A stretch of DNA of 64,000 nucleotides. It comes from Lama guanicoe (taxonomy: Eukaryota). Positions 37,320 to 50,310 of this stretch are shown piece by piece. Position 1 is the stretch's first letter. Each line of letters begins with the position of its first letter. The notes below the pieces were generated by a model that was not told where the DNA came from, ran no database searches, and saw nothing but the letters and a program-made list of their open reading frames with translations. The stretch spans positions 15,566,029 through 15,630,028 of the forward strand of contig MU054323.1 of assembly GCA_013239625.1 (NCBI GenBank), read 5' to 3'. Both the position numbers and the translations under genes were made by a program.

Positions 37320-37597
37320 TTTGCCAATCAGGAGGGACAGTGACATGGTGACCACCCTCTCGAAAACAGTTCCCCACAGCATTGCTATTGACCACCTTCT
37401 CCAGCCTTTCATTTTCTTGGTGGCATTTATTACAACCTGAAGTTACGTTGTCTGCTCATTTTTTTCTTTGTTTAGTGCCTGTTTCCTCGTTAGAATACGA
37501 GCTTCAAGAGGCCAGGGGCCTCGTCCATTTTATTCACCACTGTATCTTCAACAGTGCCTGGATAAGAAAGATACTGCAAATATTTAATGAATGAATA
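37320..37597 (+). mobile_element. L2 3' end
   Basis: tagaatacgagcttcaagaggccagggg..ttattcaccactgtatc..aacagtgcctgg..aaatatttaatgaatgaat. Confidence 0.75.
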
Positions 37598-40210
37598 GTT
37601 TTATCTTATCCCAGATGTAACAGATTATTGCAAAAACTAAAACAAATCAAGATAACATTTCACTGTTATAAGATACTCAGTATTTTGTTTAATATTTATA
37701 AATAGCAGCCTAAGCCCACTAATTTTTTTTCACTGCAAATATTTGAAACAAAGCATGTCTCCAAAATAAACACCTCAAGAGTTTAACTCTGCTCTATTCA
37801 CACTCAGATATTTCATTACAGTATCTCTGGACCAAAGAGAAGCTAGAAATTATGGATAAAGTGTTACACCCACTACAAATTGATGTTTTGCCTCAAGGAA
37901 ACATGCTTAAGGAAAAATAGTAGGAAGCTGTTTCATGCTTAAGGAAAAAGTCCAAGTCCTGCGAATAACACAAATGTCTAAGTAGAAAGAAAAAAGTGAC
38001 TAATGTTATTAGAAACAGGTAATGCTTGGTATCTGTAAAAAGGTCACTGATTTTTAGAAATCAGTATCACTGATGACTGCTGACTCCGACCAGGCTTTGC
38101 CAGACCGCATGTTACATAAAAGGCCCAGAAAGGCAGCGTCTTGGAACCTGTTTAGCCAACTGGCCTTTTCACTTTCAGGTTCTTTTCAGCTACCAACCAC
38201 TATTTTCAGAATCACAGGTTTCAGGCTCCTATGTCACAAACGAGATGGTCTTCTGCCATCATTTTAGGCTTCAGAAAGATGGAGGGAACTAATATCACAG
38301 GTTTAGCGATGCCATTACTAACCTAATTAAAGGTTTTGACATAAACAGCAGATCAAGACTCAAGAAGCAATTTGAGTCCAAAATTGAGGAAAAAATTTTA
38401 CTATTCCTATGACTCTATTTCAAGACTAATAAAGGTTCAAGTAAGACCTAAATGTTGCCTTGTCAAATCCATTTCTCCACATAAATGCCGTGCAAAATGA
38501 ATCCACTCTAACCCTTTTTATGTGGGAGTCACAAAAGCAGCCTTTAAATGCCTCTAGGGATACATTTATTTTCCTCAACCAAGTGTTAACACAAATAAAT
38601 GGAGGATTTACATGTAATCCCTAAAAGCAGATAGGCAGAATTATTAACCATGCTGTAACTTTTTAACTAAGCATTTTATTTCATCACACTTGCACAATTG
38701 GGCAATTTTAAGGATACAATTTTTAAAAATATAGATACAAAATACTGTCCCTAAAATTTTAAAGCAGAATTTCCAGGATTACGTATTCAAACAATGTTTT
38801 CGTTTTTGGAATATTTTGGTGAGGTTTTTTTTTGGTTTTTTGTTTTTCTTTTTCTTTTTCTTTTTTTTTTTCAAGAGTAGCCACTAGAAGTAACTAAACA
38901 CTTTTCCATCAGTACTGCCATTTCTGAGGAACATTTTGTTCCACATATCTGGCAACTTCTGCAAAGTCAGTTTATAAACTGTCCTTTTTATGTACAAATG
39001 GACATTAACACTAAGAAAACGTGCATTTACTCATAGGCGAGAAACAATATAATAAACGGGCTAAAGGGTGAGAATCTTTTTGTTTGTATTAACTCTCACT
39101 GCTGACTCAGCCACCCAGAACTGCGCTCTTTCCTGGGTTCCTTCAGAGTCTGATGAAAGATATCTATTTCTCTGATAAAAGTATGCTTTAGACAAAATAA
39201 ATCAAATTATTAGAAAAAAATTAATCAAAGACAGAATTTATATGATTGCAAAACGTAATAGCCCGTTTGTGGTGATCTGCATTACCACGTTACCAGTATC
39301 ATGAATTTAAAAGGCACACTCCCCTTTAGAATCCTTTTGCCCAGCCATTAAACTCTAAAATAAAACCAACACTTCCTCACATACAAACAAGATAAAGGTG
39401 GCAATAGACAAGGTCTCAACTACCAAAGGAAAATGAAATCGCTGTAACCCCAATAAGGAAATGCATTTCATACACTTAACAGTTACCGTTCATGATGAAG
39501 TTGAATCAAGTGAAATTAATAGGACCACTTAAGAAAAAGGGAAAGCAGAAACCAAAAAACTTCACACCAAGAGTCAATGATTCGCATACTCTAAAACCGT
39601 TCTCACCAATCAGTAATGTTTGCTCCAATCAGTGATATTCTTGTCTGCCAACTACTAGGCCAAATGGTGGACGTCACATAACTGCCTCTAGCTTCCTCAT
39701 ATTCCAACTTCACTGATAAGTCAGGAGGAAACTGTTCACAAGTCAACCTGTGCTTTTAGGCTCAGCTCAGTTCGGCTATGTCTAAATGCATCCCATTTTT
39801 TACTGTACAACTCATAAGAGATATGCAAAAATAAGAACCATACCATTCATGTGCCACCGCCCAAACATAAAGACATAAATAACCTCTTATTAACATTTTG
39901 ATGTATTGACATGGTCACCTGCTAGAGCTTCTTTTCTTTAAAACATCCTCATTTTTCTCCCTCTTCCTTCCACTTACTTCCCTCCTAAAGATTTCAGTAT
40001 TGAAATATCCGGCTACCCATTTTTCCCTCACCAAGAAAACCCCTTTGGGAAGGAGCAGAGCACCGCGGTATTCCTGAACAGAATCCCTTCAGCTCTCTGG
40101 TGAGAGCCCTGTCCCTCCCGCTCCTGCGCGCACAGGCCCCGCCCGCGGCCGCTGGGGTGGCCATGGAGGCCGACTCCACCAGGCAATGCTGCCTGCGAAA
40201 CGTCACTTAC

Positions 40211-40479
40211 TGTGCCGGGCATGTGACTTCTCTCGTTCTTCCCATTCTGAGAGCTGCCGTTCTTGAGCTTCTTTTTCTTTTTGGCTGTTTCTTTGTGCTC
40301 TTTCTGCTTGTTTTGCACTTCAATGAGAACAGAGATAAAGCTGTTTTTCACTTCCTTTTCAAACTCCAGTTCATCTCGCAGGGCCAGCTGCTGCACCAGC
40401 TCTTCAGAGTACTCCTTGATGGCCGTCTCAATTTCTTCCAGCAGTTCATTTAATTCCGACACTGACAGCCTTTTCACCC
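40211..40479 (-). CDS. FEZ2: FEZ2 exon 5, coiled-coil region and Lys-rich NLS-like segment
   Basis: Acceptor ctttttggctatag|GG and donor ACA|gtaagt; 269 nt. Encodes (R)VKRLSVSELNELLEEIETAIKEYSEELVQQLALRDELEFEKEVKNSFISVLIEVQNKQKEHKETAKKKKKLKNGSSQNGKNERSHMPGT. Confidence 0.97.
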
Positions 40480-41014
40480 CTATAGCCAAAAAGCAGAGCA
40501 CAGCAGGCACTAAGACCAAAATGCTTCAAGGCAGCACAACGAGGTGTTCAATGCCAAAGAGCAAAAGATCATATTCTAAGCAATTAAACTTTTTGTGGTC
40601 TTCTCAGAATCCTCAAACTCCTGGTGGGCAGGTCTGAGTAGAGGTAGGTGGGCAAAGTTACGTCTCAAACGGCTGAGAAGAAAAGCATAACAAAATGTTT
40701 CACTTGTCTAAAAAACAATAATTCCATGAATGGTACTTCAATCAAGACTGAAAAGGCTCATGCAAGAACAACAAACAATAGCAGAGAGAGTTCAGAAACT
40801 ACCTGCTGACGAGAAATCGCAAGCAACGTAGCAGGGTTCTGGGACACTTGTGAAGAGAGAAGTCAATTTGAAAGAATTGCACTAAGTACGTGGTTAATCA
40901 CATATGCCCCCAACGTGTAATTTTATTGAGGATTGGGCAGATGAAAGGGAAGAATATTCCCTGAAGCCGCATTTCAGTTTTTCCTCAGCACTTCCCTTTA
41001 CGCGAGACAGGACA

Positions 41015-41330
41015 TCGTTCAAGTCCTAACTCCCAGCACCTCAGAATACGTCCAGATTTGGAGACAGTGTCTTTAAAGAGATCACTATGTTAAAATGAAG
41101 CCGGTAGGGTGGGCCCTAATCCAATGTGACCAATGCCCTTAAAAATAAGATTAGGACATAGGAACACACAGAAAGTCCACATGAGGACAGAGAAGAGGCC
41201 TCAGAAGAAATCAGACCTGCTGACACTTTGATCTCGAACTTCCAGCCTCCAGAACTGTGAGGAAACACATCTCCATGGTGGAAGCCACCCAGCCTGCGGT
41301 ACTGTTACAGCCGCCCAGGCAGACAAAGGA
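41015..41330 (+). mobile_element. MLT1 (MaLR) solo LTR, degraded
   Basis: aagtcctaactcccagcacctcagaat..tttggagacag..gggtgggccctaatccaat..gaacttccagcctccagaactgtgag..aagccacccag. Confidence 0.85.
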
Positions 41331-41515
41331 GGCAAAGATGAGTATGACGCGGCCCCTGAGCAACGGCCTGCCTGGCTATGCCCCAGTACTAGTGAGAGGC
41401 AGGGGAGGGACGTGCAACCCAGCCTGCGAGAGGCAAAGACTCCTGGAGACCGTCTCGCTACGTGGGTGCGGCACACGAGAGCACACAGAGCCCCGATCTG
41501 AGTCAGGTTTCTTAC

Positions 41516-41657
41516 TCTCTTCGTAACTGCTTGTGCTAGACCTCTTAAGAGTCTGAATTTCCTGGGAAAGCATTGAAAGCCGATCTGACTGGGTGGGCGT
41601 TTCATCGTCTTCTGGGTCTGGTGACTCCTGCATCATTTCTTCAATTTCTTCAATCAC
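41516..41657 (-). CDS. FEZ2: FEZ2 exon 4
   Basis: Acceptor tgtgttttggaag| and donor GAGA|gtaag; 142 nt. Encodes VIEEIEEMMQESPDPEDDETPTQSDRLSMLSQEIQTLKRSSTSSYEE. Confidence 0.96.
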
Positions 41658-43559
41658 CTTCCAAAACACACAAACCACTGTTAATCAAGTGAACACAGGA
41701 GAAAACATCCGTCTGCAGAGCAGCCCTCACCGGAAGCAGCCAGAGTAGAAGTACGCTAAATCCTCCATTAACCAACAGCGTGCACACGTGGGTGTTGAGT
41801 CATCGTTAGTTTGATTTGTAAGAGTACACATGGTGTATCCCCCCAAAATTTACAACATAACTAAATGCAAAATAAAACAGAACATGATGTAATAGGTCCA
41901 TCACTTCGTGTCCCACGTGGGGTACCAAAAAAAAAAAAAAAAGTCCATCCCGATTCAGTAGACGCTATCAGCTCTTGTGATGTCCAAGAAATGGTGCCAC
42001 AAATGCACGTATGAGCTACTTCACACATGTCAGAACCAGATCCTAGCTATACTTAAAAAGAAGCCGGTGACAGAAAGTTTACCATATACCACGTGCAAGT
42101 GCTCAGTCTAAAGCTACGTAATGAAATTGACACAAAGTTTAGAAAATACAACAGTGTACAAAACTTACATGCAAAGCAAGATACTACCTCTATGGCAGCA
42201 AAATTTTCCTTCAACAACAGACAAAGAATTTCATATATTAATTCAATGAGAGATACGTGGGTATTAAAAAATGACCTTATATGTAGAAACTCAAAACAAA
42301 AAAAGCTGCATGAAAGCAAGACAATTTCAGAAACGTATCTGCCTTTGAATCAATGATCTACTGTCACACACTGGGTTGCTCAAATCTTACAGCAGTTTCT
42401 TGCCCTGTTACAGATTCCAAAAATTAAGAAGAACATAGAACTCAGTGAAATTTTAAGGAAAACTAGAAGAATTACTCTGGACCTAAGAGTTTTTAAAAAA
42501 CTATTAGAAAAAAATACGATATGAATCAGCAAGCTTAACGTGTAACATTTGTACTAAGTGAAAACAGACGTAAACTTGGAGTGGAGGTTGAGTTAACCAG
42601 TAAGAAGAGTTCAAAATAGGCATTTTAAAAAGGAAAATGAGACACTGAAAGAGGCTACAGACTCTGTTTCAGTCTTAAAAACAGGGTTAGCTTATGGCTT
42701 TTGGGCAGATTACGGAGGAGACAACAAATGCCCAGGGTCACATCTTCCCCTGGAAAATCAGGCTCTACCACCTTCAGCCCTCTAACTTACTATCGTGCTT
42801 TATAAGCACCATGTGCTTTCCAAGGTTAGGACTATTCAACCACAAATATGACTAAGGAGCATCAAAATGACACATTTTTAACCTCCCAACCTTGCCATAA
42901 TGTATCTTTACTGACCTCATCTTTCCAGCCTAAAAATACAGTGTGGTAGAACTCACAGTCCCAGCAGCCATGGAACACTTGATTTCAGGAAGAAGTTCTC
43001 GCACCACGTTTTGACAATACAGCACAAGTGGGAAGAGTATTCAGAAAATGAGAATGCTGACTCAACTGGTTTCAGATGAATACAGGGTTGACATTATTAG
43101 AGCATTCCACAGGAATAATGCTCACTTCTCTCTGGGGTGCACAACATGGACTTCTAATAAGTGCTAATGCTTTTTCACATAGGTTTTAGAAAAACTAGAT
43201 ATTTACGTAAAGATACAGTTTGCCCATGTCTGGCTAAATCTAAGAAAAGAAGAAAATTCATGGTATTTTTTTCTGATTCCAGTGTAGGCAATAACCCTCC
43301 TTTAGTAACCCACTGTACTGTTTTAACACTGCTTATCTTGGAAAATTGCATATATTGAAAAAAATCTTCCCAGCTAACACAGTCCATCTGCTTCAGATTA
43401 CATATACTTTCTTCTTTCCTCAGGAGCTAATTGTTAAGCCTATATAACCAGAAAGTGCAGGAAAAAGTAAATTCCAACAACCCATCACTTAGGGCCACAA
43501 TCAAAAATCGCTTCTTAGCTCAGGGTTCCCTCCCTTCGTTGATGGGTTCTCCCCGGTAC

Positions 43560-43676
43560 CTGGTCTGCAGTGAAGAGGGGCTCGTCGTTGACACAGGAGA
43601 CGATGATTGAGTGCATATCCAGCTGTTCTCTCAGCTCCTCGTCATCCGAGGTATCAAAGAACAGGCTGTCACTCAT
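43560..43676 (-). CDS. FEZ2: FEZ2 exon 3
   Basis: Acceptor ttttgtttttag| and donor CAG|gtacc; 117 nt. Encodes MSDSLFFDTSDDEELREQLDMHSIIVSCVNDEPLFTADQ. Confidence 0.96.
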
Positions 43677-44329
43677 CTAAAAACAAAAAATACCCAGGGT
43701 GAAAAGCAGGACATTCTGATCACAACAGTCAAAGTGTCTGGGTGAAGGAGGCTGCACAGGAAAGCATGCTTCTGCCAGGAGCTTTAAAGTGGAGATGTTA
43801 CAACAGCTGCTCTGTACAGGCTGGGGGTGAGGTGCTCTGCATATTCATCTCAAACAGAAATGAGAGGACTGTGGAATGAATATGAAATTGCTAAGGTGCT
43901 GCACGCCTCCCCTATTGTCTGATACAGACACACACTTAGCTGTTTACTCCACGGGGAAGAGCGTCTAGAAGTACAAAGATACATGGTGTTTGTTAGTAAG
44001 TTGTATGGAATTACAGCAAATGGAGATGGGGGGGGTGGGGAACAGGCAGGGTTAGCAGCAAATGTTATTAAATTAACGATCTAATAGTAAGATTGGCATA
44101 TGTTAAAATTCCACAGAAAACATAAAGTTGATTACTCACAAACTAACTTCTAACAGAGTGAAAGATAAATAATCAACTCCCTGGCCAGACGGGACCTGTC
44201 CACAAGGATCCTGCTTAGCCATCCAGGTGAGTATCTACCCCTTCTTCCAAAAAGAAGAGTAATTCTAGGCTCCAAAAATATCTTTAAACCTAACCATGCT
44301 GGAGATTTTCCCTTTGCCTCACTGCCAGT

Positions 44330-44695
44330 TTCCTCCCTAGTAGGTGCCCCAGGAGGCGGACCTTTATGAACTACATCAAAGGATGCCCTTGACTTCTGGC
44401 TTCCAGTTGGGTTGACAGCACTGGTAGACGCTAGCAGGAGACTGGAAGGTGAGAGCGTGAGGACTGCGCATTTACTCTGCCGTCTCCTTTACCAGATTTC
44501 CAAAGGCTGCAGCTCCTATCCAGCTGACCTCTGCCCTACTGCACTCTCTCCAGGTCTGGTGGCCTCTTCCTTTCTTTACCTCTCTTCAAGGCCGGGTGGG
44601 CCGCTTGCTGTTGCCGCCCCTGGGGCATCACACCACACCGTGGTGTCCTTTAACCTGCCCCAACCAACATTAACAGCCCCCATAATAACGACCTA
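44330..44695 (+). mobile_element. LTR33-like ERVL LTR
   Basis: tgccccaggaggcggacc..cccttgacttctggcttccagttgggtt..gcaggagactggaaggtga resembles recalled LTR33. Confidence 0.6.
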
Positions 44696-45289
44696 GAGTT
44701 TACTAACTCTGAAGGCCTACCCTGGAAAACTCAGCAGATTAAAATAGACAAGTGGTCTTCTATACTACACCTATCTGTCATGACATGACCATCCAGACGA
44801 TGAGCAGAACTGAAATTAAGACTCTGTTCCTCAGAAGGAGTGGCACACGTGGAGTTCCCAAAGAACAAATGGGCAACAAGAACTATGCAAGAAGCAACTG
44901 TATGTTTCCATCAGATGGTATATAATTTAGAAAATAATGTTTGACCTGGGAAAATTATTTACCAGCGCAGAGAATATACACGAAACTGAAGATACAACTG
45001 GATAGAGGGAGGTCCCTACTGCCTCCCTCATTCCTCACATATCCAAAGTTTGATGGTGAACACAGCCCGCAGAGTAAGACACCTGCAGGTGAGCAGTGCA
45101 AAGAAAACTGCTGGGGTGCTGCCTCTCCTAACATCAGGCTGGGAGAGGAGCCACGTCAGCACCCCAGGCTTTATCCGGACCACACACTGCGACACCATGC
45201 TACACCACCGTCGTGACACACCCTCCTCATCCTTCTCACCTTTCTCACTGCACCATCAGGCTAGGAAAAGGCCTGCACACGGCCTTTGA

Positions 45290-45620
45290 CATATCATGAA
45301 ATTTCAGAACACTGTTGAGGGCGGAACCTAAAAGCTTTGAGAGAAAAGGAAACCATCACATTAAAAGGATCAGAAATCAAAATGTTGCTGTTGAGAATTC
45401 AAATAACAGAAGCAGAAAATTAATGTAACTGCCATGTTTTGAAAAATGGTACCCTAGATTCACATATCCATCTAAACTATTAGGGGAGGGGTGAGAATAA
45501 AGACATTTTCAAACACTCAAGTTCTCAAAGACTACCTTTCATGCACCCTTTTTCAAGAAGGTACTGCAGAATATGCTCCATTAAAACCAGGAGGAAAATG
45601 AAAAAGGAAGCAGACATAGG
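45290..45620 (+). mobile_element. HAL1 / ancient L1 ORF1-like fragment
   Basis: catgaaatttcagaacact..aaaggatcagaaatcaaaatg..ataaagacattttcaaac..catgcaccctttttcaagaaggtactg. Confidence 0.55.
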
Positions 45621-46348
45621 ATCTAACACAAGAAGAGATGAAAGGAACTCTTGTAATGATGGTGATGTGAAGTTCCCAGAATGATGGCTGTGAAGCTCAA
45701 CTAGAGAGTAACTAGTTCAGATTAGAACCGTTACTGCGGAAGGAATCAAGAAAAGCAAGACAGAGAGAAAGAAAAGAGATCGACAGATTATCTAGCGTGT
45801 TTCACTGACTAAAATGAGTTTTATGGCTCTGAGGTTGAATTAGTGAGCCAATGATAACCTAAATCAACCACAAAAAGGCAATTATTACCCTAAGGGTAAA
45901 GTCAAGTAAAATGACAGGAGAATGTCCTCTGCTGGAACAAACAGCTGAAGTAGTTCAAGATGCTGGCCTCTGGTGAGTGGAAACCAAGGATGACAAGGTA
46001 AGTAGGGCAGAGGCTGCTTCTTCATGTTAAGTCCCAGAGCTTTACTTTAGCTTTTTAAACTAGACAGTTATCCTGTTAATAAGAAAGGAGAAAAGCCAAG
46101 AGACTTGGCTCTTGATGAGAGAGGATGTTTGGTTCCAAGACTGTAAAAGTGGAGATGAAAAGTGCAGCCATACGACCAGAAGGGTATACAGATAACATAG
46201 AGTAAACCTAACAACTACACTCATTGATCCTTAACTTCCAACACCCCCCAAAAATCACAATTCTACGCTGTTACTTGGGAACCATAGTTTATTTCGTTTC
46301 TCCCCGATAGACAAGTGGAAGTTTTAATTTTAAAATTACTCTTACAGA

Positions 46349-46487
46349 GGGGAGCATATAGCTCAGTTGGTAGTGTGTGTGCTTAGCACACACGAGGTCC
46401 TGGGTTCAATCCCCAGTATCTCCACTTAAAAACAAATAAATAAATAAACTTAATTACCTTCCCCATTAACCAAAAAAAAAGAAAATT
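46349..46487 (+). mobile_element. tRNA-Ala(AGC)-derived SINE (camelid Vic-1 type)
   Basis: tRNA-like head with A box tagctcagttgg and B box ggttcaatccc, then (aaat)n, aattaccttcccc and an A tail. 16-bp TSD aaattactcttacaga (46333-46348) / aaattactcttaaaga (46488-46503). Confidence 0.9.
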
Positions 46488-49400
46488 AAATTACTCTTAA
46501 AGAAAATGTTATAATCTTCTTCCTGTTTCTACTCTTCAAGGTATAAAGGTACATTAAACAAAGTCTCTGTCCCCAAAGAAATACTCATGGCCAGAGAAGA
46601 ATATGGCACAGGAGATGTTCCTAAAGGAAAGTGATTTAGAAGCTTTCTATCACATAAGCATGATCAAGAACTGCACTGGATTTAGAACCGGTTTGCAGCT
46701 ATTGCCAAAACACATGAGTGATACCGATAAGCCATTAGAATAAATTTCCATGACAACAGAAATAATGATCCCAGACCATCTTTCCAGAGAGGGAGCCAAG
46801 CCCATTCCCCACAGAGATGGCATATGCTCAGGGCTGGAATCCCTTTCAGGCTTTGAAAACTAACCTTGGCTGTCACGGGTGTCATAATTCACGCTCCCAC
46901 TCGGCACCAACATGCCTGCTCTTTGCCAAGCATTCCCATCACTCCTTCCTGTGCCAGGCTGAGATACAGAGCTGTGGTTCTGTTTCCCGCTATGAAACTG
47001 AAGCTGCCTCAAGTGGAAAAAATGTGCGCATGTAAGAATTTGGAATGTACTAGTCGCCTTCCTCTAGAAAAGACCCAAAGTGTGCCATCTTAAACATCAA
47101 TGAAAAAAAAATTAATATCTGAAATCTAGGGAACTGTGGGTTCCTGAATGTTTTAGTCATCTTAATGCAAAAGAAATTTCTTCTCCCTGTGTCAAACAAT
47201 TTCAAATAGACCCTGTTTTACAGTTGGAATAATCTAAAGAACGCTTCCCAAAGGTAGTTCAGTCCAGTTATGGAAAAAATAGAGCACACAGTTGGCAATG
47301 GTAAATAACTTCCCCAGGTTAAAAAAAAAATTACATGCTACCTAACAGAATAACATGGTTGCAATACAAGCCAATCTGTTATTAATGCTGCCAATAATAT
47401 AGATGAGCTCATCAGAATTAGTCTCAACACCTCAGGAGAAAGTGACTAATTCTATTAAAGGATGTGAGGTCTTTACCCAGCTTCTCTCCACCATGATGGC
47501 ACAGGAACGAATGTGTAAAATCCCTGGTAGAGTAATCAATCTTTTTTTTTTTAAGAGCTTTTTGTCATACTGGAAGACAACGTACTATTATAAATAGGTG
47601 GCCATGCATCCCAGTTTGACTGGGAAAGTCCTGGTCTACATCCATTATCTTGGCATAATTATTAATAAAGTGTGCTAGTTTGGATAATTTAAAAAAAAAG
47701 AATAACATGGTTGCTTCTTACTTAGTTCCTTGTTGTGCATTTGTCCTTCAGGAATTTGGCGTGCGCTACCCATTCCTGAGGAACAGCATTCTCAGTGGCG
47801 TTCATCACCTGGGTAGTCGCGTCAAGTTAGACAGATGTTGGATGATCATGGGTCCATTTTAATCCGCTGAGTTTTCCAGGTAAGGCTTTTACAAAGAGTA
47901 CTAGTATTAAACTCCAAGTCACTACTAATCATTACCCTTGGCTATACCATTGCTCTGGCACTGAAAACAACCGTCAAAGGCAGAAAAAGGGAGTGATGTC
48001 CCAAGAGGTAATTGAAGAACAATATTTGAAGAAGCTGAATTAGAGTGTCCCATTCACTCTGTTAACGTATTTCTCTTTGAAACCATGAAAGGATCTCTTC
48101 TGTACTATTTTTTAATATGTCAAACAAAAAAGTACTCACTGATTGGCTACTGCAGATTCAGCACTATGTTAAATATAGAAAACATTAAAAAAAAAAAAAA
48201 ACTTTCCACCATGATCTCTGGCCTTACATCCTCACTGATGAGATTATTCATTTGTTCACTCAACAAACACTAGTCTTAGTACTCACTATGTCCCAGGCAC
48301 AGTGGTAGTTAATAAAGACAAATACAAAGATACCTACCAGAAAGTCAATCTAATGACAGACCCAGAAGCATATAATTAATAAGAGAATACACTAATGATT
48401 TGAGACAGGGACAGAGTGCTATGGACCAGCACCCAGGACACTAGAGGGCTAAATTCTGTGGGACAGATTTTAAGTCCCTTAAGATTTTCACACCCCAACG
48501 AGTGTAACCAATTCCCACAGAGAGGAGTGCATTTTCCTTCCGTGTGGGCATTTAGGCCACGGCTAAATGACCATCTGTCAGAGATGGTGTAGGTGGGGAC
48601 TCCCCCCAAGTAAGAGGTTGGATTAAGTGTCCTTTAAAGTCCCTTCCAACTCTAAAATTATATAATTCCATGAGATCAGCAAAGGCTAAAACAGTAATAG
48701 GAAGCTTCAGAGAGGAAGGGAAACTTAAACCAAGTCCAGAATGATAGCTAGGATCAAAATAAACAGAAGACAGAGCATAAGGTATTTTTTTATTCCTTTC
48801 CCTAAATGTATGTCAGGTCAGTCTGCAAAACAGCTTAAAGGGATTAATAATTGGAACAAACAATAAAATGCTATACCTACTAGAATACTAAAATATAGTC
48901 AGAATCCTTTATTTTACTAGAAAATATTCAATAGCAAGCTTCTCTGAATCATGTATTTAAGAAAATCATTTCACAAAATATTAACAATACTATTTAAAAT
49001 ACTGACAGCCCTACTGCATTGAATTCCCAGTAATTACACAAACGCACTTAATGAAATGCAGAGCATGCCAAAAGATCTGGCAAGAGTTTACATTGTTATT
49101 TGATGAAGAATTTAAATAGTCAGGCCCTGAAACTTATATCTGGCTACACTTCTCATCAGCTTTAAACACTGATTTTCCACTTAAAGCAATTCTCTTCCCT
49201 CCTCTGTCCCCCTTGCTGTCCTATCACATGTGCCCACACTTCTCACTCAAGGTGTCTTCACTTACAGTCCTAAGATACCTGGCAGCCTCCAATGGTAAAC
49301 CAAGAACACATCAGAAAGCCAAGAATTGAAATGCCTTTTAAAGGTTCCCCAATATTCACAGGAATACACAGTCTTGGGATAACATGTCCAGCAAGACATT

Positions 49401-49757
49401 AAATTCACCAGAAAGTTAAATCTGTAGATACTCCAGTACCCTCCATATATTAAATCAAAAACGGGTTCTCAGTGTTCTCAGCACATCAAAATTATGTTAT
49501 TTAAGCTGGAAAACAATGGCTGATCATTGCTGTTCATGCATAGGTGATGAAAATTTACCTAAACATAAAAAAGTGAGTGTGTGCCGGGGAAGAACTGGAG
49601 GGAAGAACTAGCAAGTTAGCAGGAGCAGAGCCAAGATGGCAATAGAGAGCCACTCCAATCGCCGTAAGCTTGGAAATAAGCAACTCAAAGAACTTTGGTT
49701 AAACAGAAATGCTACTTTTCAGTTATTCAGAAACAATTAGTACAATTCCTAACTTAC

Positions 49758-49866
49758 CCCTTTTTCTGAGAGGTTCAGAGTAAGCAAATGCAAGGTCCTA
49801 GTATGGGAAGACTTCCAGTCTACAGGCATTACATGTCCATAATTATCTGTCAGGGCATTCCAAATC
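49758..49866 (-). CDS. FEZ2: FEZ2 exon 2
   Basis: Acceptor ttttctttttaag|G and donor GGG|gtaagt; 109 nt. Encodes IWNALTDNYGHVMPVDWKSSHTRTLHLLTLNLSEKG, the UNC-76/FEZ motif. Confidence 0.96.
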
Positions 49867-50119
49867 CTTAAAAAGAAAACTACAGTCAGTGAAAGTTAAC
49901 ATTCTATACGTCCTTTATTTAACAAATATCTAGTACTACAGTTAGAGAAAACAAAAAATATCAAAGCAAAGAAAAAACCAGGAAGCCTATTGTTTCTCAG
50001 AAAAACATCAACAAAGTAGACCTTCCTAAATAAAACTAAAGGAAAACCATATTATGGGGCTGACAAGTCCTGAGGGGAAGTAGAAGAGAAGACTCCCCCG
50101 AAGTCAAGAGCGAACATTT

Positions 50120-50310
50120 CCACTGTACTGTGTGCCAGGCACTAGGTAAGCAATTTACATGTAGTCTGAGCAATTTACACACTTTAACTCTTTTAATGCC
50201 CCAAAACAGTATTAGGAAGAACCATTATTATCCCCACTTTACAGATGAGAAAAATAAAGCACAGGGAAGTTAAGTAATGTTTCCAGAACCACACAGGTAG
50301 TAAATAGACT
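50120..50310 (-). mobile_element. MIR SINE
   Basis: tgtgccaggcact...attattatccccactttacagatgagaaaa..gcacagggaagttaagtaa. Confidence 0.85.

Noticed and set aside
37902..37949. 16-bp direct repeat catgcttaaggaaaaa with a 16-bp spacer
   Set aside because: Only two copies, consistent with a small slippage duplication; not an array, and it encloses no recognisable element.
46349..46425. tRNA-Ala(AGC) gene
   Set aside because: It carries a SINE body, an A-rich tail and 16-bp TSDs, and lacks a T-run terminator right after the head, so it is a retroposed SINE.
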